In this document: piece by piece, positions 49,530-60,378 of the stretch
Position numbering within the stretch: position 1 is the stretch's first letter
How the letters are laid out: every line of letters begins with the position of its first letter
Assembly: GCA_010015585.1 (NCBI GenBank)
Contig: ML975172.1
Origin: Eremomyces bilateralis CBS 781.70
Lineage: Eukaryota
Reading direction: 5' to 3' (one strand)
DNA length: 64,000 bases
Made by a program: the position numbers and the translations under genes
The notes under the pieces: generated by a model
Told to the model about the DNA's origin: nothing
Databases searched by the model: none
The model's input: only the letters and a program-made list of their open reading frames with translations

Positions 49530-51044
49530 CTATAGCTCCTTCTTTAGGAAATGCTCCGGCGCATGGCTCGTCTCATAGTCTACATGGACGTACGCCCGCT
49601 CAACATCCGGCAGGCTCTCCAGCTTGGTCTGCAGTTCTTCCGCCACATCATGCGTGCTTCGTAACGAGTCATCTGCATCCATGACAATGTCAACCTCGAC
49701 AATGAGGCGTGGTCCGGAATGGTAGGCTCGGACGGTGTCGATTGCCGAAATGTGTTCCGAGTGGGTCATAGCTGGGTAGAAGTCAGGACGGTAGTTCTCG
49801 TGAACCGTTGATGGCAACTTACAGATATAGGTGATCAACTGCAGCGTATGCGTGTCGGCAGAGACTCCAATGAGCAATTGGAACTCCGAATATGCTGTTC
49901 TCGCCCATAGGAATATGATGAGTGTCGATAGGACGATGGCGCCCATCGCATCAATCCACCACTTCAACTTGCTTCCCAGGACCGCGGTCATCAATCCAAA
50001 CCCATTGATCAGCAAATCGTTCCTATGGTCCTCCCACAGGATCCGCACCTGGCTATATATATTCCTCAGCGCGTAGCAATAGAAGAATAGCGCCAACTTG
50101 GTGAAGAACGCAATCGCGACAGCCAGCACCGACGGTAGATGAAAATCCTTTGTGTCCGTCTCCGACCCTCCAATCAGGTCTCGACAGCTCATGACAATTA
50201 CGACCAGCGACACTGCGATCATGACGAAGCAGAAGATGATATTCCCCGCCGTCTCAATCCTCGCCTTCCCGCTCGGGAACTTCCTCGAATCCACCCGTCC
50301 CACCGCCCGGTTGCACAGGATCAACATCACGTTGCTCAGCGGATCGAACAGCGAATCCACCATCGTCGTGAAGATCGACAGCAATCCGGACGAGACCGCC
50401 CCGTACATCTGCAGGCCCGCCAGCAACACGTTCGCCACGAACGACCCCTGCACCGCGATCTGATACTTCAGATGCGAGCTCCCCTGCTCCGCCTTCGCCG
50501 CCGCCCGGTGCTCGTCCACGGGCTTTAGCAGCCGCTCGATGTTCGCATTTTGCGACTCGTAGAACTCCTCGACTGCGCGGCCGCGGCGCCACGAGGAGAT
50601 GTCGGTGCTATTGGCGAGGGGGTTGGGGGTGCAGGTCGACCGGGAGGTCGAGGTAGTTGTGCGTTTGCGGGACGAGTTCGCTTTGATCAGGTCAATTTCC
50701 GAGGCGGTCTTGAGCCGGGCGGCAAGTTGAAAGGGATCATTCTCCTCCGTGTATTGAGCGGGGCTTTGGCGTTCGACATCGCCTTCGTGGGCGGAGGAAT
50801 GGAGCCGGGCTACGGGGTCGTTTTCCTCGTTTGGGGTGCTTGCTTCGTAGGCGGTGGTGGTGGCTTTGTAGGGTTCATGGCTGTACGGGAAATGTGTGGG
50901 TGTTGGCGCGTCCGCCGGAGTCGGCGGTCCTACATGTCGATGCAGGCTTTCAGGACGAGGACTAGATTGCCTGGAGGGGTTAGGGTCGAGGTGAAATGGA
51001 TGCGGTCGGAGGGAGATCGAGTGTCGGATCTCTTCGGAACCCAT
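49530..51044 (-). CDS. Cation diffusion facilitator (Mn-CDF/MTP-like) metal transporter
   Basis: DSLFDPLSN, WEDHRND, DTVRAYHSG, ESLPDVERAYVHVDYE; intron 49772-49822. Confidence 0.93.
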   Translation of the reverse strand: MGSEEIRHSISLRPHPFHLDPNPSRQSSPRPESLHRHVGPPTPADAPTPTHFPYSHEPYKATTTAYEASTPNEENDPVARLHSSAHEGDVERQSPAQYTEENDPFQLAARLKTASEIDLIKANSSRKRTTTSTSRSTCTPNPLANSTDISSWRRGRAVEEFYESQNANIERLLKPVDEHRAAAKAEQGSSHLKYQIAVQGSFVANVLLAGLQMYGAVSSGLLSIFTTMVDSLFDPLSNVMLILCNRAVGRVDSRKFPSGKARIETAGNIIFCFVMIAVSLVVIVMSCRDLIGGSETDTKDFHLPSVLAVAIAFFTKLALFFYCYALRNIYSQVRILWEDHRNDLLINGFGLMTAVLGSKLKWWIDAMGAIVLSTLIIFLWARTAYSEFQLLIGVSADTHTLQLITYICKLPSTVHENYRPDFYPAMTHSEHISAIDTVRAYHSGPRLIVEVDIVMDADDSLRSTHDVAEELQTKLESLPDVERAYVHVDYETSHAPEHFLKKEL

Positions 51045-51459
51045 TCTGGTATCTTGGTCCTCCTGAGACGGGACATTGAAGAATCACGAAAGACGAAATA
51101 CGAACATGACGCGCGGAAAGTTTGGGGGTTTAACGGTTTAGAGACAAGGAAGGAACGGAGTAAAGCTTGCTTGTCTAGTGAAAGCCAGGCCGGAGTCGGT
51201 CCTTCTGCCGTGCTTTGCACCCCCACTGGGCCCCACCATAGTCACCTAGCACAGCCACTAGCACAGCCACCAACCTTTTTCCCGGGTCATCAAACATCGA
51301 ACCTGCTCTGGCACTAAGTTGCAGTTCAACCCTCTTGAGTGAGTGAGTCTTGACAGTTGACACAGATGTCCCTCTTCCCTTGCATTTGATGTTGTTTCCC
51401 CCTGTCAAGGCTCCCTCCATTCTGCACTTTCCACTTCAAGCGCCGCCACACGTTGAGGG

Positions 51460-52671
51460 TAGAGGTCCGAAACGAATACGAATAATATGAATAATATGAA
51501 TAATATGAATAATATGAATAATATGAATAATTTGTGAATATGAATAAAGTCTTGGCGAATAATGTGAACATGAATATGCCTTATATTCATATTCGCGATA
51601 TTCATGAATATTCATATTATTCATGAATACTTCGCATAGATATAGGCAAATGAAGTTGTAACATCTAAAGCCTCATTACCATAACATGTCAAGAAGTGCT
51701 TGGGATTGTCAACAATATAATAATCAAGGCGTAGATACACTGTCGATGTTCATTTGATCAAAAGCCTAATAGTCTGAATACATTAGATATAACTAAGAAA
51801 GTCGCCAAAAAAAGAAACGAAAAGGAAAAAGAAAAAGAAAGTAGATATCGTAGTATCAATACTCTGAGTTTATCACCTTCTCCATAGTTCTCTATGCATT
51901 CCTAACGGCCATGAAGGAGTCCTGAAATAGACTACTACCAATTAAGAAGGAATTCGTTATCAGTGTCCCTTCAGGAGTACAAGCCATCTCATCGTCTCTG
52001 CATTCATAGAGTGTCTCCTAAGACCCAACACGTCTCGTGCACCACTAAAAGAACGTTCCACGCCCACCTCAATAGAGGGAACGGAGAGACAGTCGCGTGC
52101 CGCTTGAGCCATGCAAGAAAAGTCAGGCGCATTTGCTTTCTACCATTTCAATACCCAGTCAGGGTCACCGTCCGCAAACGAGGGATGCGGGTGTTAACGC
52201 GACAGACGTGTCATAACTATCCAGGATTCGCGGCTTGAAGTACATAAACCTCCATTCTCTATTACCGATAGTCGAATACATGATTTGACACGTCATTAAC
52301 ATGTCAACTCATGTAACTTATTCCCAGTGCAAATTTAATAGTTATTTAATAGGTTTTGGAGGTTTTAGGCGGTGTTGACGTTTGAGAGGTTGTTTGCGCG
52401 GAAACTTGAATAAAAATGATATTGGGAATGAGAGGCAATCTTTGAATCTCTTTATACCTGCAATAGAATAGGGCCCCGTACCTAGACATACGGGATATAT
52501 GGAATCCAAATTCATGGCTATTCGCAGCACGGCTCAAAGTAGCGCAAAAAACACCTGCGTGGGTTCTGGCATAGGAGCTGGACTGAAATCTGTCTATTGA
52601 CAAGCAAGACGGTAGCATAATTATAACTATATGGGAAGAGGAAATGGGTCGGCCTGGAACAACAAATCCCC
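51460..52671 (-). mobile_element. hAT deletion derivative: 3' terminus, subterminal repeats, dimerisation-domain coding remnant and the 480-bp segment
   Basis: Terminus TAGAGGTCCGAAACGAATA at 51460, (GAATAATAT)n; minus frame 51960-52190 KW*KANAPDFSCMAQAARDCLSVPSIEVGVERSFSGARDVLGLRRHSMNAETMRWL. Confidence 0.85.
52192..52671. repeat. About 480-bp dispersed repeat, copy 2
   Basis: Direct copy of 31855-32343. Confidence 0.95.
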
Positions 52672-52879
52672 CATCTAATTTAATAGGATCTCAATCCAGG
52701 TCTGTTGGTGCTTGCTTGGTTTCATAGCGAGGTAATATATTTCGCGGGACGGATGGCGTCTTCATATATTCCCAGGTAAAGCGGTGGTGTGCTTCGCTAT
52801 TCCTGCTTCTTTGTGATTTCCTTCCTAACTGTCAGTATCGTCAACATCAATGGCTTCGTGAAACTGGTCGGCCACCAAC

Positions 52880-53671
52880 ATGGCAGTGCCGCTGGTGTTC
52901 CTGGCCATCTTTGTTGCGATCGCCGCAGCCTAGGATCCGAATATCTTGAGGACAATAGGATTTCCGACATGCTCCGTAAGAAACCCGCCACCTGGTATTG
53001 GGCGTGGACATTTGCCTTACCTAGGTAGCGTGTATAAAGGTATCAACACATCTTCCCACAAGGGGATCTTCTTGAGGAAATGATGCGCTAAATGCGCAAC
53101 AGCGAATCAATTTTGGCGCATTATGTGAAGCCAGTGACATGAAATGCCAATGCATCATTGGATTTGGTCAGGTGTTTAATAACATGTGGGATTGCCTGAA
53201 CAAGACCCAGGCATGCAATACCACTGAGCTCAATGGTATGTCAATCACATTACAAAGTTGTCAAATAGAGCTAATCAAACCCTTTCAGCCTTCGATTCAA
53301 CAGTGCACAGCTACTGCGAGAAGATACCCTTCCCCTCAGCTATTCCCTCCTTTCCAAATATCACGGCCTCAAACGCAACAGAGGACCCCTCCCCGGGTAC
53401 AACAGAAAGCATCTCCAAACTAGCCTGGTTTGGTATTGGAGTCGTGATCGGCCTGGTCGGAACGGGTGCGGTCTTAGGCCCATTGTTCTGGTGGCAGTCA
53501 CGGCGGTGGAGAGGGGGATTCCAGTATATCGAGAAGCTCAGAAGCGCAAAGTTGAGTCATGGATGTTATCAGTATCCACGGGTGGAGCTGCCCCAGTTGC
53601 CAGGGCATGGGGTTCCTGGCGAGGCCAGTGGACGTGTGCTGAAAGGCATTGGAAGCGGAGAAAATACCTAG
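52880..53671 (+). pseudogene. CFEM-domain single-pass membrane protein with premature stop
   Basis: Signal MAVPLVFLAIFVAIAAA then TAG (52931); spliced FPTCS-VACIK-..LCEASDMKCQC..WDC..AC..YC gives 8 Cys; S/T linker; TM LAWFGIGVVIGLVGTGAVLGPLFWW. Confidence 0.7.
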
Positions 53672-54268
53672 CCGGGTATTCATAAGGCATGGAAGATGTT
53701 TGCGAGGTTGGGAATCGATGACCTATTTTCTCTCTTTGGAGTCCATGGTGATGGTGTGTCTGATACCCCTCTTCTAGATGGGGGGTATTAAGGTGTTCGT
53801 TGGATTCAGGTGCAGATGAACCACTTGGTCTTCACGAAGGGATGGACCTTGCCAAACCAAATCCTAGATGTATCCCAGAAAATGAATTTCCATCTATTCA
53901 GATGGAAAACATTGAATATTATCTATATCGAATTTCATTCATGAATGAAAAAGATTATCGGGGAGGACTCCGGAGTAACATTTATTGATACCCCTGAAGT
54001 CCCAGGCTCCAAGCTGTGGAGAGGAATGTGGATCCGTCCCAACCCCCGCCCAATGCACGATATATGAATCGCAATCACAATACGAAGTAATGTGAACCAA
54101 CTCCTTTGACATACGGTTTACAACAACATACTTCCTCTTCCTAACTCCCTCAGCGGGGAATAGACCAAGCGTCCCATAACTCTACCATTCAAATCTCCCA
54201 ACCCATCCGAGGACGCCCTATCCGCCGGATGCCTTCCCAAACATAGCTGTCAGCGCCCTACGCCCGCA

Positions 54269-55993
54269 ATGGTGGTCCATGTTCCTCGAGTCGCGGCCGC
54301 GCTCAATCCCTTCCGACAGCGTTTCCAACGGGATGCGCAGTATCAACAAGTGCCAGATGACGAAGATGGAGAGGTGGGAAGGGCGGGATATCTGTATTCT
54401 CCGCCGCGACCGCGAGGACGCGCACAACCCCCTCCGTTCACCAATCGACAGTCGAAGTTGAACGCAATTATCGTTCTGTTTGGGTTTGCGATTGTCACTC
54501 TGGTGATCGCGTTGTTCAGGTAAGTCCTCTGGCTGTGTTGTTTGCAAAGACCTGGACGAACTGTCTAGGCGGTGGTCGAATACTCAAGCGAAGAATTCCG
54601 TAGGTCCAAAGCCTTCTCAAGTAGAGACTCTTCCTTCTGCGACACAGTTGAAAATGGATACCAATGCCATCCTGCGAAATCCCATTTCTGGGGCCAATAC
54701 TCCCCTTACCACTCCCTCAACGACTCATACACTCAAAGATCAACCGCCCACCTTTGGGAACAATGCGCCATTTCGTCTGCCCATGTCCTCTCCCGTCATG
54801 GTGCAAGATACCCAACCCTCGGGAAATCTCTCATATATGCACAACTTGTAGCGCGACTACAGTCTCAAATACCCCAGACGGCGATGATCGGCAAATGGGG
54901 CTTCCTGCGCACATACAACTACACCTTATCCATCCATTCCGATCTATTGAGCGAGTTCGGACAGCGCCAGATGTACAACAGTGGACTCCGCTTCCATGAC
55001 CTGTATGGCTCACTATTCAGCCCTGATGAACTGAACCTGTTCGTCCGAGCCGGCGACCAGAACCGCGTCGTCGAGTCCGCGCTCAACTTCACCCAGGCCT
55101 TCTGGTCAGCCGCAACGCCGAAAGCGCCCCATTCCAGCGCGACCGATGAACCGATTCCAATCCTTCGTATTCCCGAGAAGCCACGCGAGAACAATACCCT
55201 GCACCACTCGTTATGCGCGCCGATTGAGACGGGGGAATATAGCGACCTCGGGAGCCATGCACAGGAGGAATGGCTGGCGCACTTCGGGCTACCGATTTCG
55301 ACTCGGTTGAACGAGGAGCTTCCTGGCGCGTCGTTGACCGCGAATGATGTCGTCAGCATGATGGAGCTCTGTGCCTTTGAGACGGTCACCCGCCAGCCGC
55401 CGCAGGGAGAGCTGGCGGGGTTCTGCCACGGCTTTACGGTCGCGGAGTTTGCGGAATTGGATTACTATCATAGTCTAGGGAAGTACTACGGATATGGGAG
55501 TGGGAATCCGGTGGGGGCGGCGCAGGGTGTTGGTTGGGTGCGCGAGTTGATTGCGCGGTTGACGGAGCAGCCGGTCAAGCATGCCGGAAGCATCAATACG
55601 ACGCTCGACTCCGATCCAGCGACATTCCCCCGCGGAGGGAAGTGGAAGCTCTATGCCGACTTCAGTCATGACAACGACATGTCTGGTCACCTCGCGGCTC
55701 TGCGTCTATACAAGACGCGGCTGCGCAATAATACGAGGCAGCATCCGTATGATTCGGACGGGTACTCGGCATCTTGGACGGTCCCGTTCGCGGGGAGGAT
55801 ATACGTGGAGAAGTGGAGGTGTGGGGAGGAAGATCGGATCAGAGTATTGGTCAACGAGAGGGCCATGAATTTACCATGGTGCCGAGGCAAATCTCAAGCA
55901 GATGGTGAAGACATGACTTGTGCAATTCAGGATTTCGTGGATGGGCTGATGGAGATGGGAGATTGGGGATGGGACGAAAAGTGTTTCCCTTGA
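54269..55993 (+). CDS. 3-phytase/histidine acid phosphatase with N-terminal membrane anchor
   Basis: CDTVENGYQC, WGQYSPY, RHGARYP, DFSHDN; intron from 54520 (acceptor probably 54624). Confidence 0.92.
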
Positions 55994-56378
55994 TATTTGG
56001 GCAGGTTTTGGATATTGCGGCTTCAAGCGTCTGAATTGTAGATATACCCTCTATCGGTATCATTTAGGAGTCAAAAGGTCTATTTTGAGTTTCCAGATCT
56101 TTGTTTGGTGTTGGACACTTGCGTATGTCGCTATCCATCCTCGTCCAGATATCAATGTGATGACTCGTGGAAACTGGATTGGCCAAGCAAACAGTCCGGA
56201 TATATGACTCGGGTATGACCGAACACGATGAGTGGTGATTTCCCAGCAGAATCCACATCTTGAAATACAAACCACTCGTCTATATAACATTTGCGCTACC
56301 ATGTTCACGATTTATAGAATGCGGTGACGACATTTGCTACTTTGACGTTTAAATTGGTTGTCACGGCGTATACCAAGA

Positions 56379-57753
56379 ATGGATGACCCTGAAGAGCAAC
56401 GTGTGTTTCTAGCGGCCATCAACTCTTTCTAGTATGTCTCCCCAATGCATTCGAAATCCCGGTCGATTTAAACAGTCGATTTTATATTTTCCTTTGCTAG
56501 AGTATCATCGCATAGTCCACCAGCTAACCCTAACGCAGTTCGTACCGACGTGCCGCTCATCTCAATGTCACCCATACGCGAAGGCAATGCTTCTATAACC
56601 TACCAGAAAGCCATTGGAGCCTCCTCGCGCGGGAGCCATTCAACTTACAGAAAGTTTTCAATGATGTAGACGATGCAATCGACTCGAATGCAGACATCGC
56701 AGAGGCGATTGCAAATGCCGGGTTTCAGTCGTTCGGTCTTGAGCCACCGGAGAAGCTAGATTCAGCGGGTATGTCGAAATATCTCGAGCAACGCGTTTAT
56801 ACTGGCCTCCGGACTCTGACGGTAACCTAGCAAATGTATCACCAAGTGACTTAGACAAGGCTCGAAGTACGATACGGCAACTGTATAGAGATTGGTCTGC
56901 TGAGGGCGAAGCTGAACGCCTCGCATCATATGTCCCTGTGTTTGCCGCGTTGCGAACGCATTTTCCATTTCCTGAAACTGAACTCCACGGGATAAACATC
57001 CTCGTCCCTGGCGCTGGACTTGGGCGGCTTGTCTTAGAACTTGCAAAGGCTGGATACACAGTGGAAGGGAATGAGATCAGCTATCACCAACTTCTCGCCA
57101 GCTCCTTCATGCTGAATCACACTCAGAGGGCTAGGCAGTTTGAGCTATATCCGTGGGCTCTCACATTCAGCAATCATCTCTCTCGCTCCAACCAGATGGA
57201 GAAGATTATGGTCCCGGACGTGCATCCAGGGACATTCTTGGACGAGGCGAGCCAAGGGCTTCCTATTCATGCCGGCGAAAGGATGTCCATGGCAGCTGCC
57301 GATTTCTGTGAGGTGTACAAACAGCCTACCGCATCAGCGACATTCGACGCAGTCGTCACGGTCTTCTTTATCGATACTGCGCCGAATCTAATCCACTACA
57401 TCCAAGCCGTGCACAATTGTTTGAAGGATGGCGGTTTGTGGGTCAATCTAGGACCTTTATTGTTCCATTTTGATGGGAATGCTGCTTCGAGGGGGGACAC
57501 CGAGGATATGGAGACATCACAGAATGACGATGGGGGACGGTTCAAGGGGATAGGAGAACCCGGCTCGGTGGAGCTGACGAACGAAGAAGTTCTCGACCTC
57601 GTCGAGAGGCTCGGGTTCAAAGTGGTGGAGAGTAAGGAGACGGGGTTAGAAACGGGATATATTCAAGATCCACGGGCGATGCTGAATTATAGTTACAGAC
57701 CATCGTTCTGGGTTGCGAAGAAGTGTGGGCCTATGCCAGCAAATTTATCGTGA
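56379..57753 (+). CDS. N2227-like (carnosine N-methyltransferase family) SAM methyltransferase
   Basis: DKARSTIRQLYRDWSAEG, LVPGAGLGRL, EGNEISYHQL, TVFFIDTAPN, WVNLGPLL; introns about 56413-56538 and 56769-56830. Confidence 0.9.
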
Positions 57754-58095
57754 GAATAAATTCCACTTGGAAAATGAATCTCATTGATCCTAACAAACAC
57801 TTGAGTCGGTTACACGACTTGATATGCGCTTTGTTTGTGGCATACGGTTCCTTAAGAAAAGGGACCTTAGCCAATAGATCTGGCGGTGAGGGCTACCCGA
57901 AACAAACCTCGAGTCCAACTTCCTCATTGTTCCCCCCGCTCGATACGGTAGGCAAGATAGGCCTACCTAAGTGCATGAAATTGAGTTCTCTGTTTGTATT
58001 TTGATTCTTTTCTCAAAATAATTCACGCTGCCATCTTCCTGAGATACCTCTGCTATTGTTGCGCTGCAGCGAATTGTTCATTTATAGTTACTTCC

Positions 58096-60284
58096 ATGGC
58101 GTCGAAGAAGAGCGTGTCGTGGCGCTTGCCACCAGACTCTCCAGGCTCGACTCGACTCAATCTTCCGAAGCATCGGAGGGCGCCCCGTACTATTCCCTGG
58201 ATTATATGTTTCTCTGCCTTTTTTATTCTTTTCTTCTTTTGCCAAACGCGGTATGGAGTCGAGTTATGGAGGGGTCAATGGAATCCGCCGATCGCACAGC
58301 CTCCGTTCAGCTGGACGGACCTCTACCCGTCGAAGTCAATAGAGTGGCGGAGCTGCTTTGATAGGTTTCAATGCACCCGGTTGGATGTTCCACTTGATTG
58401 GGAAGATGAATTGGATAGGCGGAGGGCAGCCATCGCCATGATTAGGCTGCCTGCGAAGGTCCCCCCTGGACATCCTAGTTATGGAGGAGCTGTCCTTATC
58501 AATCCAGGTATGATCGTGTATATGATTGCCTTGTTATAATAGAGCTCACATAACGTAGGCGGGCCTGGTGGCTCAGGAGTCAATACGTTGCTTTCGATAG
58601 GACAAGAAATCCAGACCATTGTCTCTTCTCCAGACAACCCTCCAGAGCCATATGCACGATATGCGGATGGCGTAGAAGACCGGCCTCTTTACTTTGACAT
58701 CATAGGCTTTGATCCAAGAGGGGTGAACAATACTGTTCCAACGGCCTCTTGTTTCCCGGACGACCTGAGTCGCCATAACTGGAACCTCCAAAGTGAATCC
58801 CAGGGTGTCGCCTTGGACAATTCCTCTTTTGAGATAGTTTGGGCTCGTACACAAGCTCTCGCGTCTAGCTGCTCCAAGACGATCTCCGGTATGGAGCGTG
58901 GTATTGAGGAGGTAGGAAAGTTCATGAACACCAGAGTGGTCGTCCATGATATGATCCAGATGGCCGAGAAGCTGGGCGAGTGGCGCGAAAGGACTGCAAG
59001 GGGAAACCTCAACCGATGGAAATCGCTAGGAGATCACCATCAACGAGCAGTTTTGAAACAGCAAGCCTACCAAAAAGGCGCAGAGAAAGTGCTCTACTGG
59101 GGTTTCTCCTACGGCTCGGTGTTAGGAATGACTTTGGCCACAATGTACCCTTCGCGCCTTGGTCGTATTGTCGTGGACGGAGTCTGCGATGCCGATGACT
59201 ACTACCGTGGTGGATGGATGTCGAACTTACAGGACACTAACTTTGTTCTCGATTCATTTTTCCGACTCTGTAATGCCGCTGGCAAGAGCTGCGTGATACA
59301 TGATGAATCTGACCCCTTGGCTGCTCAGCGAATTTTCAGCGACGTGACGGACTTCCTGAAACTCACACCCCTTCCTGTACCAGGTGATGGGGCCTTTGCT
59401 CCAGATGTGATCACCCTTTCAGATCTCCTCGAAGTCGTCAAAGATGGCCTCTACAACCCTCAATTTTTCCCCGTCGTCGCTGAGGTCATTGCAGCGCTGC
59501 ATGCCCGGGACGGCAGAAAGCTGGCCGCGCGCAAGCAAGGCAATCGGCCCACGTCGACGGCTTTTTGTCGCGGCACGGACTGCCAGAAAAAAGGACCGTG
59601 GTCTGAAGATTGCCACGATCCAAGCTTTGCGGTGTGGCAAGGTACGTATCTCTCAATTTCGCCATCACGACTACCCAGCACTTCTACTGACGTGATACAG
59701 AGGAGACGTCCGCTGCGATACTGTGCTCGGATGCTCCTGACAAGTTGAGCGAGGGGCAAGAGTTTCATAGGGAGAAGTGGCACCAGTTACTGCAGCAAAG
59801 CGAAGTCCTGGGACCGGCTTGGTCGTCGATCACGCAACATTGCGCGGCCTGGAATGTCCGTCCGAAGGATCCTTCGCCGGCTAGGTGGGCAAACGGTACT
59901 GATGAGAATGGGAATATCATAGGCATTGGAGCGAAGAAGACGAGCACGCCGCTATTGTTCATCGGGAACTCGAGAGATCCCGTGACGCCGCTCCGCAATG
60001 CTGTTAAGATGTCAACACGCTTCCCCGGTAGTGCTGTTCTGCAACAGGAAGGCGAGGGACATTGCTCGTTGGCAGAGATGAGTCTCTGTACCGCGGAGAT
60101 TGTCAGGAACTATTTCCGGAAAGGAGCAGTGCCACCCCATGGAACGGTCTGCAACATTGATGGGAATGTTTTCCACAGGGACGCTGTGCGAGAAACCGAA
60201 CAGATAGGAAGGGAACATCGTGAACTACGTACGGCGCTCAGACGGTTAAGTAAGCTGCCACGGAAGTCGTGGCTGGGAATCTAG
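58096..60284 (+). CDS. TAP-like tripeptidyl peptidase / alpha-beta hydrolase (S33 family), 3 exons
   Basis: NPG|GPGGSG, GFDPRGV, YWGFSYGS nucleophile, DPVTP, GHCS. Confidence 0.88.
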
Positions 60285-60378
60285 CCTCATCATTCGTTTG
60301 GTGTGATCAGAAATGAGAGTTCTAACTATTGATTTGTCCAACTATAGTCTGTCGTCAGATAGAAAGCACAATTGATAT

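Noticed and set aside
50550..51317. 255-aa plus-strand ORF
   Set aside because: Antisense to the CDF transporter; no family signal
51470..51630. Tandem GAATAATAT repeats as a CRISPR-like or coding repeat
   Set aside because: No spacers and eukaryotic context; they sit directly inside a hAT terminus as subterminal repeats
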